DNA of 64,000 nucleotides, from NCBI RefSeq assembly GCF_006345805.1, contig NC_043001.1:134602001-134666000 (forward strand). The letters are read 5' to 3'. Shown here in pieces: positions 24,368 to 36,633 of the stretch (the stretch's first letter is position 1; every line of letters begins with the position of its first letter). The translations under genes and the position numbers were made by a program. The stretch is from Octopus sinensis (taxonomy: Eukaryota). The notes beneath the pieces are model-generated. The model was not told the DNA's origin, searched no databases, and saw only the letters and a program-made list of their open reading frames with translations.

Positions 24368-24974
24368 ACATTTCTACATAATCAAGAAATAGTCAAGTGG
24401 CGCGCGTACACACACACACATATTTCACGAATAATCATGTCGCGCGCGCACAGACAAGCACAGACAGACATACTTGTATCGGAAATAGTTGCGCGCGAAT
24501 ACACACGCGCACATTCACGCGCACACACGTTCATACACATGTAAGTGGAGGTGGTGGTGGTGGTGGTGCTTGTGGTGTCAAATAAATGTCATTTATTTGC
24601 CTGTATATATGTTTTTTTGTTTCCGAAAACTACATTTACGTGAAACGACAACAAAGAAACAATGAGAAAAATGATAAAAAGCGGAAACGAAGATGGGAGA
24701 AGGGGAAATAATAATAATAATAATAATGTGTGTCTACATTGTGTCGGTTTGTCTGTAATAATGACTTCCGGCCTTGGCCCTCTTTCTCTCACCCCCTTCA
24801 CTCTCTCTCTCTCCATTTATCTCTATCTCTCCATCCATTTTATTGTATTAGTGTCGTTATGTGTACAGATATGTGTGCACACGTATGCATATGTAAATAA
24901 TATGTATGTATGCATGTATACAAGAATTGTATACACACGTATCTGTGTGTGTGTAGGGGGTGATCATCCCCATA

Positions 24975-24992
24975 TAATATATATATATATAC

Positions 24993-25027
<35 letters not shown>

Positions 25028-25070
25028 CATATATATACATATACATATACATATATATATATACATATAC

Positions 25071-25148
<78 letters not shown>

Positions 25149-25259
25149 TATATATATACATATATATATACATATATATATATACACATTGATAGTGTAC
25201 TGTATTTTTCTCTATAAATGTACAAGCACAGACACGGATACTTGCAGACATAAACATAT

Positions 25260-25320
<61 letters not shown>
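24975..25320. repeat. Compound (TA)/(TACA)/(TG) microsatellite
   Basis: Direct reading. Confidence 0.9.
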
Positions 25321-25325
<5 letters not shown>

Positions 25326-25544
25326 TTATGTCTGCAAGTATCCGCGTCTGTGCTTGTACATTTATAGAGAAAAATACAGTACACTATGGATGTGTGTTCT
25401 AATATGTAGGTGTATACAGTTGTACAGATATATGTTTGTTGTATGTGCGTCAATCGCTATATTTTTGTGTATGTGTAGATTATATTGCTATATGTTAGTG
25501 TATGTTTAGTGGTGTGTGTGTAAGACTTAAGGCTGTATCTTTAC

Positions 25545-25684
25545 GTGTGTGGGTCTCTGGTTAGCTTGTGTTGTTGGCAACAACAAATAATATAAGGAGT
25601 AACAGAGACAGATTGTGGTGGTTACTAACACGTACAACACTGGTGCTCTCTCCATGACAGTAGCAATGTTAACTGCTTCAAGAA
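25545..25684 (-). CDS. Candidate coding exon (signal peptide/anchor-like), unconfirmed
   Basis: Acceptor TTTTCGTTCCACAG|, open frame VLEAVNIATVMERAPVLYVLVTTTICLCYSLYYLLLPTTQANQRPTH, donor |GTAAAG. Confidence 0.25.
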
Positions 25685-26076
25685 CTGTGGAACGAAAACA
25701 GCTCCTTAAAAGGAAACACACACACACACACACACAATATCTGTGTGTGTGGTTGTCAGTGTGTATGTAATATATGAATATATTTTGCTTGATTGTGTTT
25801 GGATTGCGGCCATGCTGGGGCACCGCCTTGAAGTGTTTTAGTCGAATAAATCGATCCTAGTTGTCAAGCGGTGACGGGAGACAAACACAACATAAAAATG
25901 CTCACGCATAAACACACACACACATAGATATTCTGTATTGGGATGAAATTGATAAAATATTTTGAGAAATTGTTCTTTTAATTCCCTCAATAAAAACAGT
26001 TTTAACATAAAAGATCCAAAAAATGTGCAAATATTGAGAAAAGAGAATGACTCAATGTAACACGGTTACGCAACTT

Positions 26077-26879
26077 GGATCTTTTCCTTTTGAACGGCAC
26101 ATATCAACACAATTTCTAGTTAACTAAACACTTTAAAACTTAAAACTGGTAGAATGTGTCAAAATTAAAACATTTTTTTCTCTTGGCTTTCTTGATAAAA
26201 TTGTAATTCGTTTGTTTAACGTAGTTTAATTTTTCGAATTTTAACCAATGACTCGCCTCTAATTGAGCTAAAATCATTTGCTGCGTCTAAAACTGAGACA
26301 ACATCCTGTCACTAACCCTAAACCTCACCCTAACCCTAACCCTAAATTTTTTTTTCTTGTTAAATTAATTTAATTGTTACGCGTGTAAAAAAAAAACGGA
26401 AGACTAAAACGAAAGCAATGGAAAATAATTTAAACAATTAACAAACAAAATAATTCTATAATTTTATACACACGCTTTAAGTGCGTATACGGAAAGCGTG
26501 TGTATAAAATTATAGAATTATTTTGTTTGTTAATTGTTTAAATTATTTTCCATTGCTTTCGTTTTAGCTTTCCGTTTTTTTTTACACGCGTAACAATTAA
26601 ATTAATTTAACAATTAAGAAAAAAAATTTAGGGTTGGGGTTAGTGACAGGACGTTGTCTCAGTTTTAGACGCAGCAAATGATTTTAGCTCAATTAGAGGC
26701 GAGTCATTGGTTAAAATTCGAAAAATTAAACTACGTTAAACAAACGAATTACAATTTTATCAAGAAAGCCAAGAAAAAAAAATGTTTTATTTTGACACAT
26801 TCTACCAGTATACGAAGTTTTAAAGTGTTTAGTTAACTAGAAATTGTGTTGATATGTGCCGTTCAAAAGGAAAAGATCC
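26077..26879. mobile_element. ~800-bp foldback element related to MITE family M
   Basis: Arms 26077-26478 and 26493-26879, 14-nt spacer; ends GGATCTTTTCCTTTTGAACGGCAC; TSD CGCAACTT / CGCAACTG. Confidence 0.9.
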
Positions 26880-26934
26880 CGCAACTGCAGTATAAGATAA
26901 AAATTCACTAACGAGTTATGTTATATGTATTGGA

Positions 26935-27319
26935 GTGGAGGCGCAATGGCCCAGTGGTTAGGGCAGCGGACTCGCGGTCGTAGGATCGCGGTTTCGATTC
27001 CCAGACCGGGCGTTGTGAGTGTTTATTGAGCGAAAACACCCAAAGCTCCACGAGGCTCCGGCAGGGATGGTGGTGATCCCTGCTGTACTCTTTCACCACA
27101 ACTTTCTCTCACTCTTACTTCCTGTTTCTGTTGTACCTGTATTTCAAAGGGCCGGCCTTGTCACTCTCTGTGTCACGCTGAATATCCCCGAGAACTACGT
27201 TAAGGGTACACGTGTCTGTGGAGTACTCAGCCACTTACACGTTAATTTCATGAGCAGACTGTTCTGTTGATCAGATCAACCGGAACCCTCATCGTCGTAA
27301 CCGACGGAGTTCTTCCAAT
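26935..27319 (+). mobile_element. SINE family B, full length
   Basis: 12-bp TSD ATATGTATTGGA. Confidence 0.9.
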
Positions 27320-27725
27320 ATATGTATTGGAAAAAAACTTTACTCCAACTATCACGCTTTTTGATCGGAAATGCATACCTTGCCCAAAATGACACAGCAG
27401 GATTGAACCCGAAACCATTTGGTCTCAAACACACAACCATACCTTCGCTGCTTATTAATATTCTTTCATTTATGCTTGTAAGTCACAAGCTATACTTGCC
27501 GTTCATGCTGCTGGCATTGTAACTTTGACCTCAGCAATCTTTTATGTCCAGTTCTGTTTTCCTTTTGAAAGTTGAGTAAAATTTGAATATAAACTTCGAA
27601 TCAAACCAGGCGATGCATTGTGTTCTTGAGCAAAACACTTCATTTCACGTTGTTCCAGTCCACTCAGCTGATAAAAATGAACAATCCTGCGACAGAGGGG
27701 TGTCACATCCAAGGAAGAATATATA

Positions 27726-28115
27726 GGCGCAGGAGTGGCTGTGTGGTAAGTAGCTTGTTTACCAACCACATGGTTCTGGGTTCAGTCCCACTGCGTGGCA
27801 CCTTGGGCAAGTGTCTTCTACTATAGCCTCGGGCCAACCAAAGCCTTGTGAGTGGATTTGGTAGACGGAAACTGAAAGAAGCCCGTCATATATGTGTATA
27901 TATATATGCGTTTGTGTGTCTGTGTTTGTCCCCCTAGCATTGCTTGACAACCGATGCTAATGTGTTTATGTCCCCGTAACTTAGCGGTTCGGCAAAAGAG
28001 ACCGATAGAATAAGTACTGGGCTTACAAAAGAATAAGTCCCGGGGTCGAGTTGCTCGATTAAAGGCGGTGCTTCAGCATGGCCGCAGTCAAATGACTGAA
28101 ACAAGTAAAAGAGAG
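27726..28115 (+). mobile_element. SINE family A (left copy of the duplicated block)
   Basis: Full consensus. Confidence 0.9.
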
Positions 28116-29540
28116 TATACTCCGGGAAACCGGTCCTATGCTCCTTATAGAATAATGTGGACTAACCATATTTGTTGTCAATATTTTATGTTCTACTAAA
28201 ACAAAAAAGGTGGAGAGCAACATGTCAAAGTTTACTATGTTTCTGATAATTCCAGTTAATTTCCATTGTGATGACAGCCTACATCACCACCTTGAAATAA
28301 AAGGTCTTTTTGTCTTTGCTAAAACTTTACAACCATAAGCAAAAAGTGGTTTGCAATACCTGCACTTACAGGGTACTTATAGTGATGAACTTTAAAAGAT
28401 TTTGAATGAAAGATGACATTTTGATTAGCAGACTAAATCTGAGAGTGAATTTCTCGCAAACTATAACTATGACACAGAGTAGGCAGAAGGTGTGCTTCAA
28501 CAAAGCAATCGACGAGGCAAAACTAAAACAATATTTTATATACTTATGGCTATTTTTATCAACTAAATGACGCAGGAGTGGCTGTGTGGTAAGTAGCTTG
28601 CTTATGAACTACATGGTTCCGGGTTCAGTCCCACTGCGTGGCATCTTGGGCAAATGTCTTCTACTATAGCCTCGGGCCGACCAAAGCCTTGTAAGTGGAT
28701 TTGGTAGACGGAAACTGAAAGAAGCCCGTCATATATGTGTATATATATATGCGTTTGTGTGTCTGTGTTTGTCCCCCTAGCATTGCTTGACAACCGATGC
28801 TAATGTGTTTATGTCCCCGTAACTTAGCGGTTCGGCAAAAAGAGACCGATAGAATAAGTACTGGGCTTACAAAAGAATAAGTCCCGGGGTCGAGTTGCTC
28901 GATTAAAGGCGGTGCTTCAGCATGGCCGCAGTCAAATGACTGAAACAAGTAAAAGAGAGTATACTCCGGGAAACCGGTCCTATGCTCCTTATAGAATAAT
29001 GTGGACTAACCATATTTGTTGTCAGTATTTTATGTTCTACTAAAAAAAAAAAGGTGGAGAGCAACATGTCAAAGTTTACTATGTTTCTGATAATTCCAGT
29101 TAATTTCCATTGTGATGACAGCCTACATCACCACCTTGAAATAAAAGGTCTTTTTGTCTTTGCTAAAACTTTACAACCATAAGCAAAAAGTGGTTTGCAA
29201 TACCTGCACTTACAGGGTACTTATAGTGATGAACTTTAAAAGATTTTGAATGAAAGATGACATTTTGATTAGCAGACTAAATCTGAGAGTGAATTTCTCG
29301 CAAACTATAACTATGACACAGAGTAGGCAGAAGGTGTGCTTCAACAAAGCAATCGACGAGGCAAAACTAAAACAATATTTTATATACTTATGGCTATTTT
29401 TATCAACTAAATGACGCAGGAGTGGCTGTGTGGTAAGTAGCTTGCTTATGAACTACATGGTTCCGGGTTCAGTCCCACTGCGTGGCATCTTGGGCAAATG
29501 TCTTCTACTATAGCCTCGGGCCGACCAAAGCCTTGTAAGT
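27850..29540 (+). repeat. Tandem duplication, 844-bp period, bounded by SINE A copies
   Basis: TCCGGGAAACC at 28121 and 28965; CGCAGGAG at 28571 and 29415. Confidence 0.9.
28569..28959 (+). mobile_element. Chimeric SINE family A
   Basis: 5' part matches the 29413 copy, 3' part matches the 27726 copy. Confidence 0.85.
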
Positions 29541-29575
29541 GGATTTGGTAGACGGAAACTGAAAGAAGCCTGTCG

Positions 29576-29652
<77 letters not shown>

Positions 29653-29890
29653 GTATGTGTATATATATATGTATATGTGTGTGTTTGTGTGTCTGTGTTT
29701 GTCCCCCTAGCATCGCTTGACAACCGATGCTGGTGTGTTTACGTCCCCGTCACTTAGCGGTTCGGCAAAAAGAGACCGATAGAATAAGCTTACAAAGAAT
29801 AAGTCCCGGGGTCGATTTGCTCGACTAAAGGCGGTGCTCCAGCATGGCCGCAGTCAAATGACTGAAACAAGTAAAAGTAAAAGTAAAGTA
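29413..29890 (+). mobile_element. SINE family A with long internal (TA)n
   Basis: Full consensus. Confidence 0.9.
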
Positions 29891-30142
29891 TATGAAAGAC
29901 AAATGGATATAGATCAATTATCACGAGATGGAGCAGGGTACACAAGCTGACCACCCGATTTAAAACCACCAGTCATTGAGTTCTTTTAATCCTTTGTCTG
30001 TCATGTCTATCAGATGTGATACACAGAACATTTTTCTTTGGTATCCATGCTTCGTATATGATATACAATTTTTCTTAGAAACCATATTTTGAGGCTTTGA
30101 CCTTGTCCCTTTCACTCCTGCCACTTTTGCATTTTCGTCCCT

Positions 30143-31473
30143 TCTCTTCACTTAATCTCAACCTTCACCTTGTTTAAACATATTTCATTGGTGTCCATGC
30201 ATCATAGGTGATATACAATCCCAATTATTTTCAACCACCAGAGTAACTAACTATGGACTTATGAAAGGAAAGTTTTATATTATTTAGTATATATATGTCT
30301 CTGAAAAGAAACATGGACATTTAGGACAAACTTACTAAAATGCTTTGGACAGGCAAAGGGTTAATGGAGGCCACTCAAATGCAGGCATTCAGACCAGATC
30401 TCTAGTCTGACTCTCTGTTTCTACTCTTCTGTTCTTATGAAAGGAAAGTTTTATATTATTTAGAAAAACATACCTCACACATACATCATTTTATCTATTA
30501 TGTTTGTCACACTTATATAAACCTACTTTATACACCCCTCATATTTTCCTTTCCTATGTTCACTCTTCTGTGTTAAAACACCAGCTTCTTTCCTCCACTG
30601 CTACCTTTCAACGCTGTTACATTTTTTGTTAATCAACATCATCATTATTTTTGCCTTTTCTCCTATTTAGCCTTCTATTTTTCCTGTCTTGATGAAGGAC
30701 CACTTTCCAAAATGTAGACTGATCTTCCTTTCTTTTCTTCTACATTGACGCATTTTGTTTTTGTTCATTTCCTTTTTTACATTATTTTCACGTCTCACCT
30801 GGATCTTAATTATATTGATATCAATTACTGTACTGTCTAGGATATAACCTGGTTTATTCTGGAGTTTATATTTCATTATTTTGAGGTTATTGAAAATATT
30901 TAAATTTTTAAAAAATGCACGCAATATTTTGAGCTTTACAGTGTGGAAAGGCCAGAGGGAGGTGGTGTGAGTGGAATATGAGGGAAACAAAGGTGGGAGG
31001 AGTTGAGAACAGAAGAGTAGAAACAGTGAGTCAGACTAGAGATCTGGCCTGAATGCCTGCATTAGAGTAGTCTCCGTTAACCTTTTGCCTGTCCAAAGCA
31101 TTTTAATAAGTTTGTCCTAAATGTCCATGTTTCTTTTCAGACATTTAATTAACCCTTGTTTCATAACTTAGACAGGTTTCAGCCATTATAGACCCAGGCC
31201 ATGTCTAACCTTAATAGCACCACCTACTGAAGTCATTTAGTTCATGATTCATATCTCAGACGTATATGGGACACCATGGCCCACCCTAGCAAAGAGTTAT
31301 TATTGTTGGAACCATTTCTGGGTGCAAAAGGTGAATAATATAAAACTTTCCTTTCATAAGTTCTATAGTTGTTCAAGTGGTTGAAAAAAATTGGAAAATA
31401 TGTATTACATGATTCATGGACACCAATGAAATATATTTCTAAACAAGGTGAAGGTTGGGACTAAGTGAAGAAG
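30143..31473. repeat. Composite inverted repeat (LINE fragment plus ~140-bp segment) around a ~575-bp spacer
   Basis: 30143-30285 vs 31331-31473 and 30294-30432 vs 31007-31144 are reverse complements. Confidence 0.75.
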
Positions 31474-31749
31474 CACGTGATCGTATAGTCACATATGCAA
31501 ACATATGCATGCATTCTACTTACACCACCACTTCCTTCAAGCCTCTTGAATGTGATATAATGAAATACTCCACCTCCTGGAGTAATCTAGTTTACATCCA
31601 TGTCAGTACTGTAATATAAATGACATGTATGTAATTAATATCCGTATGAGACATGCAGAACAAAACAAAATAATGCACCAAAAGAAAATATAAAGTCACT
31701 GTATTTAGCACTGAGAGGAGAAGAAAGGTAGATAAGTTTAAATTTCAGA

Positions 31750-32300
31750 CAATGGTCCTTTATGAATAAACTCAATCATTTACACAAAATGAACCTAGGG
31801 AAATTGTAATTGAAGGGTGCAAGAAGTTAGCATGAGTAGGAGAATGAGATGGAAGGTAGAATTGCAGAAAGTTGAGGCCTATATTTATAGCTTATGAAGC
31901 AGTATTCAGAGATTAAAGATAGGATGCTTTTTGTTGTGTTTGAGTCCAGACTTGAGTCTAGTGTTGTAAAACACAAGATGAGAAGTGGTCAGTGGAGTGG
32001 ACAGATGGACAAGTTGAAACGATAGGCTACAAGTTAGGGGACTTTCTGGGCATTGTTACAGGCCCTGTGTGATGTTGTTTAATGTTCTTTAAAACAATCA
32101 ACTGAATATCAACCTATATTGCTATCTATGAAGTATTGTAGATTTTATGTGCTGTGGAGAGAGTTGAAATGGCCACTCTCATCGACTGTAAATTTGGAGC
32201 CTGCTAAAAGGACACACAAAGACAAATATAATACTGGGAGAAGAGATTAGTGACATTCCAGGTTAGGTATAGGTAGGGACAAGGTGATACTTGATCATAT
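31750..32300 (-). mobile_element. Highly decayed Penelope GIY-YIG region (tentative)
   Basis: Minus-strand pieces IG*YSVDCFKEH and VAYRFNL resemble PLE YIGET..L.DRF.EH and VA.HFN. Confidence 0.4.
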
Positions 32301-32524
32301 CTATATTATACCCAATATGTCTACTGTTTTAAGTTGCTTATAGCTTATCAGACAGTTGATCATCTGATTCAGGTAACCTTTGCTTTTGTTTTTTACACAT
32401 GTAATGAGCCTTCTTGCTCCTTAAAAACATAATTTATGATGAAGCATTGAAAAAACCTCTATATTGCTGTGTGACTTACAAAATTAGCCAACAAATCTCT
32501 CTTTAATTACACCTGCTCTTTTAA

Positions 32525-32745
32525 CCCTTTAGCAATTTAAACCAGCCATACCTGGCCTTAATATTCTACCTGTTTTATGTTCAAACTGGCCAGATCCAGC
32601 CTCTTGCACTTACCCTATTATGTTATTCTAAAAATAAACAAAAACATCATTGAAATCTTGAAGCACCAAGATAATGCATGATTAATTCAAAATAATGTAA
32701 ATGAGTAAACATCACATTTGACAGAGTAATCTGAATACAAAAGGG
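32525..32745 (+). mobile_element. piggyBac-type MITE (family P2, 221 bp)
   Basis: TTAA flanks; TIR CCCTTTAGCA... / ...AAAAGGG; relatives at 43286-43504, ~50553-50760, 55633-55852. Confidence 0.8.
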
Positions 32746-32987
32746 TTAAGGAAACAGCATGGTTGTGTCTGGAACACTTTTGATCGTAATAAGCCTAATC
32801 ATTCTAGATTAGGGGCTGGACAACAACAACAGCTGAAATACAAGTATAAAATACTGATATAATGAACATGACAGTAAAAGTATGCTCAATCTGAATTACT
32901 AAGGATCTGTCAGAACAGTAAAAATATTGTGTTTATTTGTAGTCTATAAAAGCTCATAATTTCTTTCACAATCCATTTTCTTTAATT

Positions 32988-33323
32988 TGCCAGCCTCGCT
33001 TGGCCCCCGTGCTGGTGGCACGTAAAAGCACCATCCGTTCGTGTCCGTTGCCAGCCTCACCTGGCCCCCGTGCTGGTGGCACGTAAAAGCACCATCCGTT
33101 CGTGGCCGTTTGCCAGCTCCGTCTGGCACCTGTGCGGATGGCACGTAAAAAGCACCCACTACACTCACGGATTGGTTGGCGTTAGGAAGGGCATCCAGCC
33201 GTAGAAACACTGCCAGATCAGACTGGGCCTGTTGCAGCCTTCTGGCTTCCCAGATCCCAGTTGAACCGTCCAACCCATGCTAGCATGGAAAGCGGACGCT
33301 AAATGATGATGTTGATGATGATG
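32988..33323 (+). mobile_element. RTE 3'UTR element (minisatellite family)
   Basis: A-A-B ~62-bp units then the conserved 3' end and (ATG)n. Confidence 0.85.
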
Positions 33324-34254
33324 AAAACTCTTCTTCAAAATTTCCTGTTTGGATTTGGTTTGCAAGATTCTTTATATGAATTCGTGTGTTGAAGCATATT
33401 CTGTTGTGTCTGGAGAGAGTCATTTTATTTTTGTGCCTTATAATGTAACACACTCACCGGTAAAATTTCCACTTATTTCTTATTTTTATTTTCCTAAAAT
33501 TTTTGTTGCGTCTTGCAACCTTTTCAAGTTGAGTGTGTTACATTATAAGGCACAAAAAGAAAATGACTCTCCCCAGACACAACAGAATCTTCTTGAAAAT
33601 TTATACTCCAATTTTAAGTCATTATTATTGATGAAGACTTTAAACATCTAGAAATTAATTGATCCATACTTTTGTAGAGACTAATTATGAAATTACCTTC
33701 TACTTTATTCTGGTACGAAATTTATGTCAAATAGTGTCCTAAAGTATCCACAATGTGGAAATTTAAAGCACTCAATTTTTTTTTTTTTTTGCCAATCCTT
33801 TTCAAATTTGGGACATTTAACATTTTTCTTTTGCTGGCAACCTCAACTACTTTTGTCTGACTCTTTCAATATCTACAATTATAATCTGTATAATATCCTT
33901 TGAAATTTTGACACACTGCCAGCAATTTTGTATTGACCTTGGTGCTGAACTGGTACTTATTTTATCAACACTGAAAGGATGAACAGCAGAGTCAACATCA
34001 ATGGTATTTGTACTCAGAACATAAAAGCCTAAAGAAACACCACAATGCATATTGACCACCATAGTAACAATTCTGCCAGCTCACCACTTTAATCCTTATC
34101 ATAATATTGGTTTCTAATTTTAGCACAAGGCCAGCAATTTTGGGGGAGGTAGCAAGTCAATAACATCAATCCCAGCACTCAAATGGTACTTATTTTATTA
34201 AATTCAAAAGGATGAAAGGCAAAGTATATACTTAGAATGTATATCCTTATTATT

Positions 34255-34628
34255 GAGGCGCAATGGCCCAGTGGTTAGGGCAGCGGACTCGCGGTCATAG
34301 GATCGCGGTTTCGATTCCCAGACCGGGCGTTGTAAGTGTTTATTGAGCGAAAACACCTAAAGCTCCATGAGGCTCCGGCAGGGGATGGTGGTGATCCCTG
34401 CTGTACTCTTTCACCACAACTTTCTCTCACTCTTACTTCCTGTTTCTGTTGTACCCGTATTTCAAAGGGCCGGCCTTGTCACTCTCTGTGTCACGCTGAA
34501 TATCCTCGAGAACTACGTTAAGGGTACACGTGTCTGTGGAGTGCTCAGCCACTTACACGTTAATTTCACGAGCAGGCTGTTCCGTTGATTCGGATCAACC
34601 GGAACCCTCGTTGTCGTAACCGACAGAG
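34255..34628 (+). mobile_element. SINE family B
   Basis: Full consensus; imperfect TSD ATC(C/T)TTATTAT. Confidence 0.9.
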
Positions 34629-34794
34629 ATCTTTATTATATTATTAATATCTCATATAATTTTTGTAAAGCTTTTTTTAATGCCACACTTCAAAATTTAC
34701 ATTTAATTTATTATTTCTTGTCTCAACATCTATTAATGAATGTTTTCATTTATTTTACAATATATTCCCATCATATTTAATTTTAAAATTTTAA

Positions 34795-36125
34795 TTTAAT
34801 TTAATTTTTATTGGCTCAAAAAGCAAAAGCAAGGCCATGTAGGTGGACAGGGAGTTATGTACAGGGAGGATGCTCATACAAAGAGTTCAGGCCATTTCTG
34901 GTCAAGAGAGACTTTGAACCGAGTGGTCATTGGCATCTTCACTATCTTGTCCGGTAGCTTATTCCATGGATCCGCAACCCGGACGGATAAAGCCCCTCTC
35001 CTTTGATTAAGATGAAATCGTCATAGATAGAGGTTTTCGGAGTGACCCCGCAGCCCACGCTCTGGAGCAGGAGTGAAGAACAGCTCTTTTGAGAGGTTAC
35101 ACTTTCCGCTTATGATGTTGTGAGCGAGAATGAGATCACCACGGCGGCGGCGTTTTTCAAGAGAAAAATGGTCTTCAGCCTTTCTTCATAAGACAAATGC
35201 TTGAGATCAAGAACCATGCGGGTAGCCAGCTTCTGAACTCTTTCGAGATGATGTATGTCTTTGAAGAGATAAGAAGAAGAGGCTTGAATCCCGTACTCCA
35301 AAATAGGTCTCACCAGCATGACATAGAGTGGTAGGAATATGGCTGCTGTGAGCATTCCGAATGACCGTCAAATCAAAAACAGAACTCCATGTGCTTTGTT
35401 GGCAGCATGGATGCATTGGGCTGAAGCTAAAAAGGAAGAATCCACCAAGATACCCAGGTCCTTTACTTGGTCGGTCTTCTCCAATAGCAGATGACCCGGC
35501 TCGAAATCAAGTTGAGTTGCAGGAGAGGAGCCAACGGGCAGATGACAGCACTTTGACATGTTCAGACACAGGTCCCATACGTTTGACCATCTCCAAACTT
35601 GGTGGAGGCATCGACGAAGTTCATCTCTATCACTGTGAGGAGCGACCAGTTTGACATCGTCGGCAAATAGAAGGGTGTGTTGCGTGAGGTCGTTGAGCAA
35701 GTCATTGATGAAGACTAAAAACAATAACGGCCCAAGCACTGAACCTTGAGGCATGCCACTGCTCACACTGGAGACGTTGGACAGTGAAAAATTAACTTGG
35801 ACTTAGAAGGAGCGATCTGAGAGGAAAGCACCAACCCATCGTACAATATCCGGATGGAAACAATATGCTTGAAGCTTGACAAGTAATAGGTGGTGGTTAA
35901 CCGAGTCAAAAGCTTTGGCAAAGTCCAATAAAACGATGTCAACAGCATCACCATCATCCAGGATACGCGTCGCCAATTCTTCCATTACCAGGAAGTTGGT
36001 CAAGCATGATCTCTTCGGCACGAAGCCGTGTTGGGAATAAGAGATAGAGGCTGTGTTTTGGAGGTGGAGCATCATACTTTTCTTCAGGATGGTTTTGAAA
36101 AATCTTGCTGATTATTGAAGTAAGG
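34795..36125 (-). mobile_element. CR1-clade LINE, complete RT domain to 3' end, few disruptions
   Basis: LTSIISKIF, QHGFVPKRSCLTN, LDFAKAFDSV, PQGSVLGPLLF, LFADDVK, KDLGILVD, RPILEYG, LERVQKLATR, SYEERL. Confidence 0.9.
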
Positions 36126-36633
36126 GAAACATATATACATATAAGCATCATAGAAGCTTGTTCTATGCTGTAAACTTAAAAATTCTCAAAATATCAACAA
36201 GGCTATCCTAATTTTTGGGGAAAAAAAAGGGTTTAAAATGAATTTCATTTGTCTGTAACAAACAAAACGACAAAAATTACAGTAATTGACTCAGTTTAGT
36301 GATAGGAAACATATCTTTGAGAAAAGAAATGTCTATTCTATAGCATGGCCTTTCATTATAACAGGCTGATCTGGGATCAACTACCATCACCACCACTTCC
36401 CCTTCCCAAAGGAGGATGTTTATTCTCCTTAGTTTAATGGTTAACGATCTATGACAATACAATGGTGGAATTGTTGGGGTTGCAGAGCACCATACTAAAT
36501 TCATTTTGGTATTTACTTTTTGTGGCATATACATTTGCTTATTATTTAAACATAATAACGGATGCACTTCAGTTGAGAAAAGATTAAAGGCTATGGTGGA
36601 AGTAAAGGGTGGCCATTTTGAATAGTAATGTAT

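Noticed and set aside
26313-26346. Interstitial telomere / chromosome-fusion scar
   Set aside because: Only 2-4 hexamers, always at the same position inside the GGATC transposon family.
26937-27010. tRNA genes at SINE heads
   Set aside because: A/B-box-like motifs are present, but heads run straight into SINE bodies with TSDs and no convincing acceptor stem or terminator.
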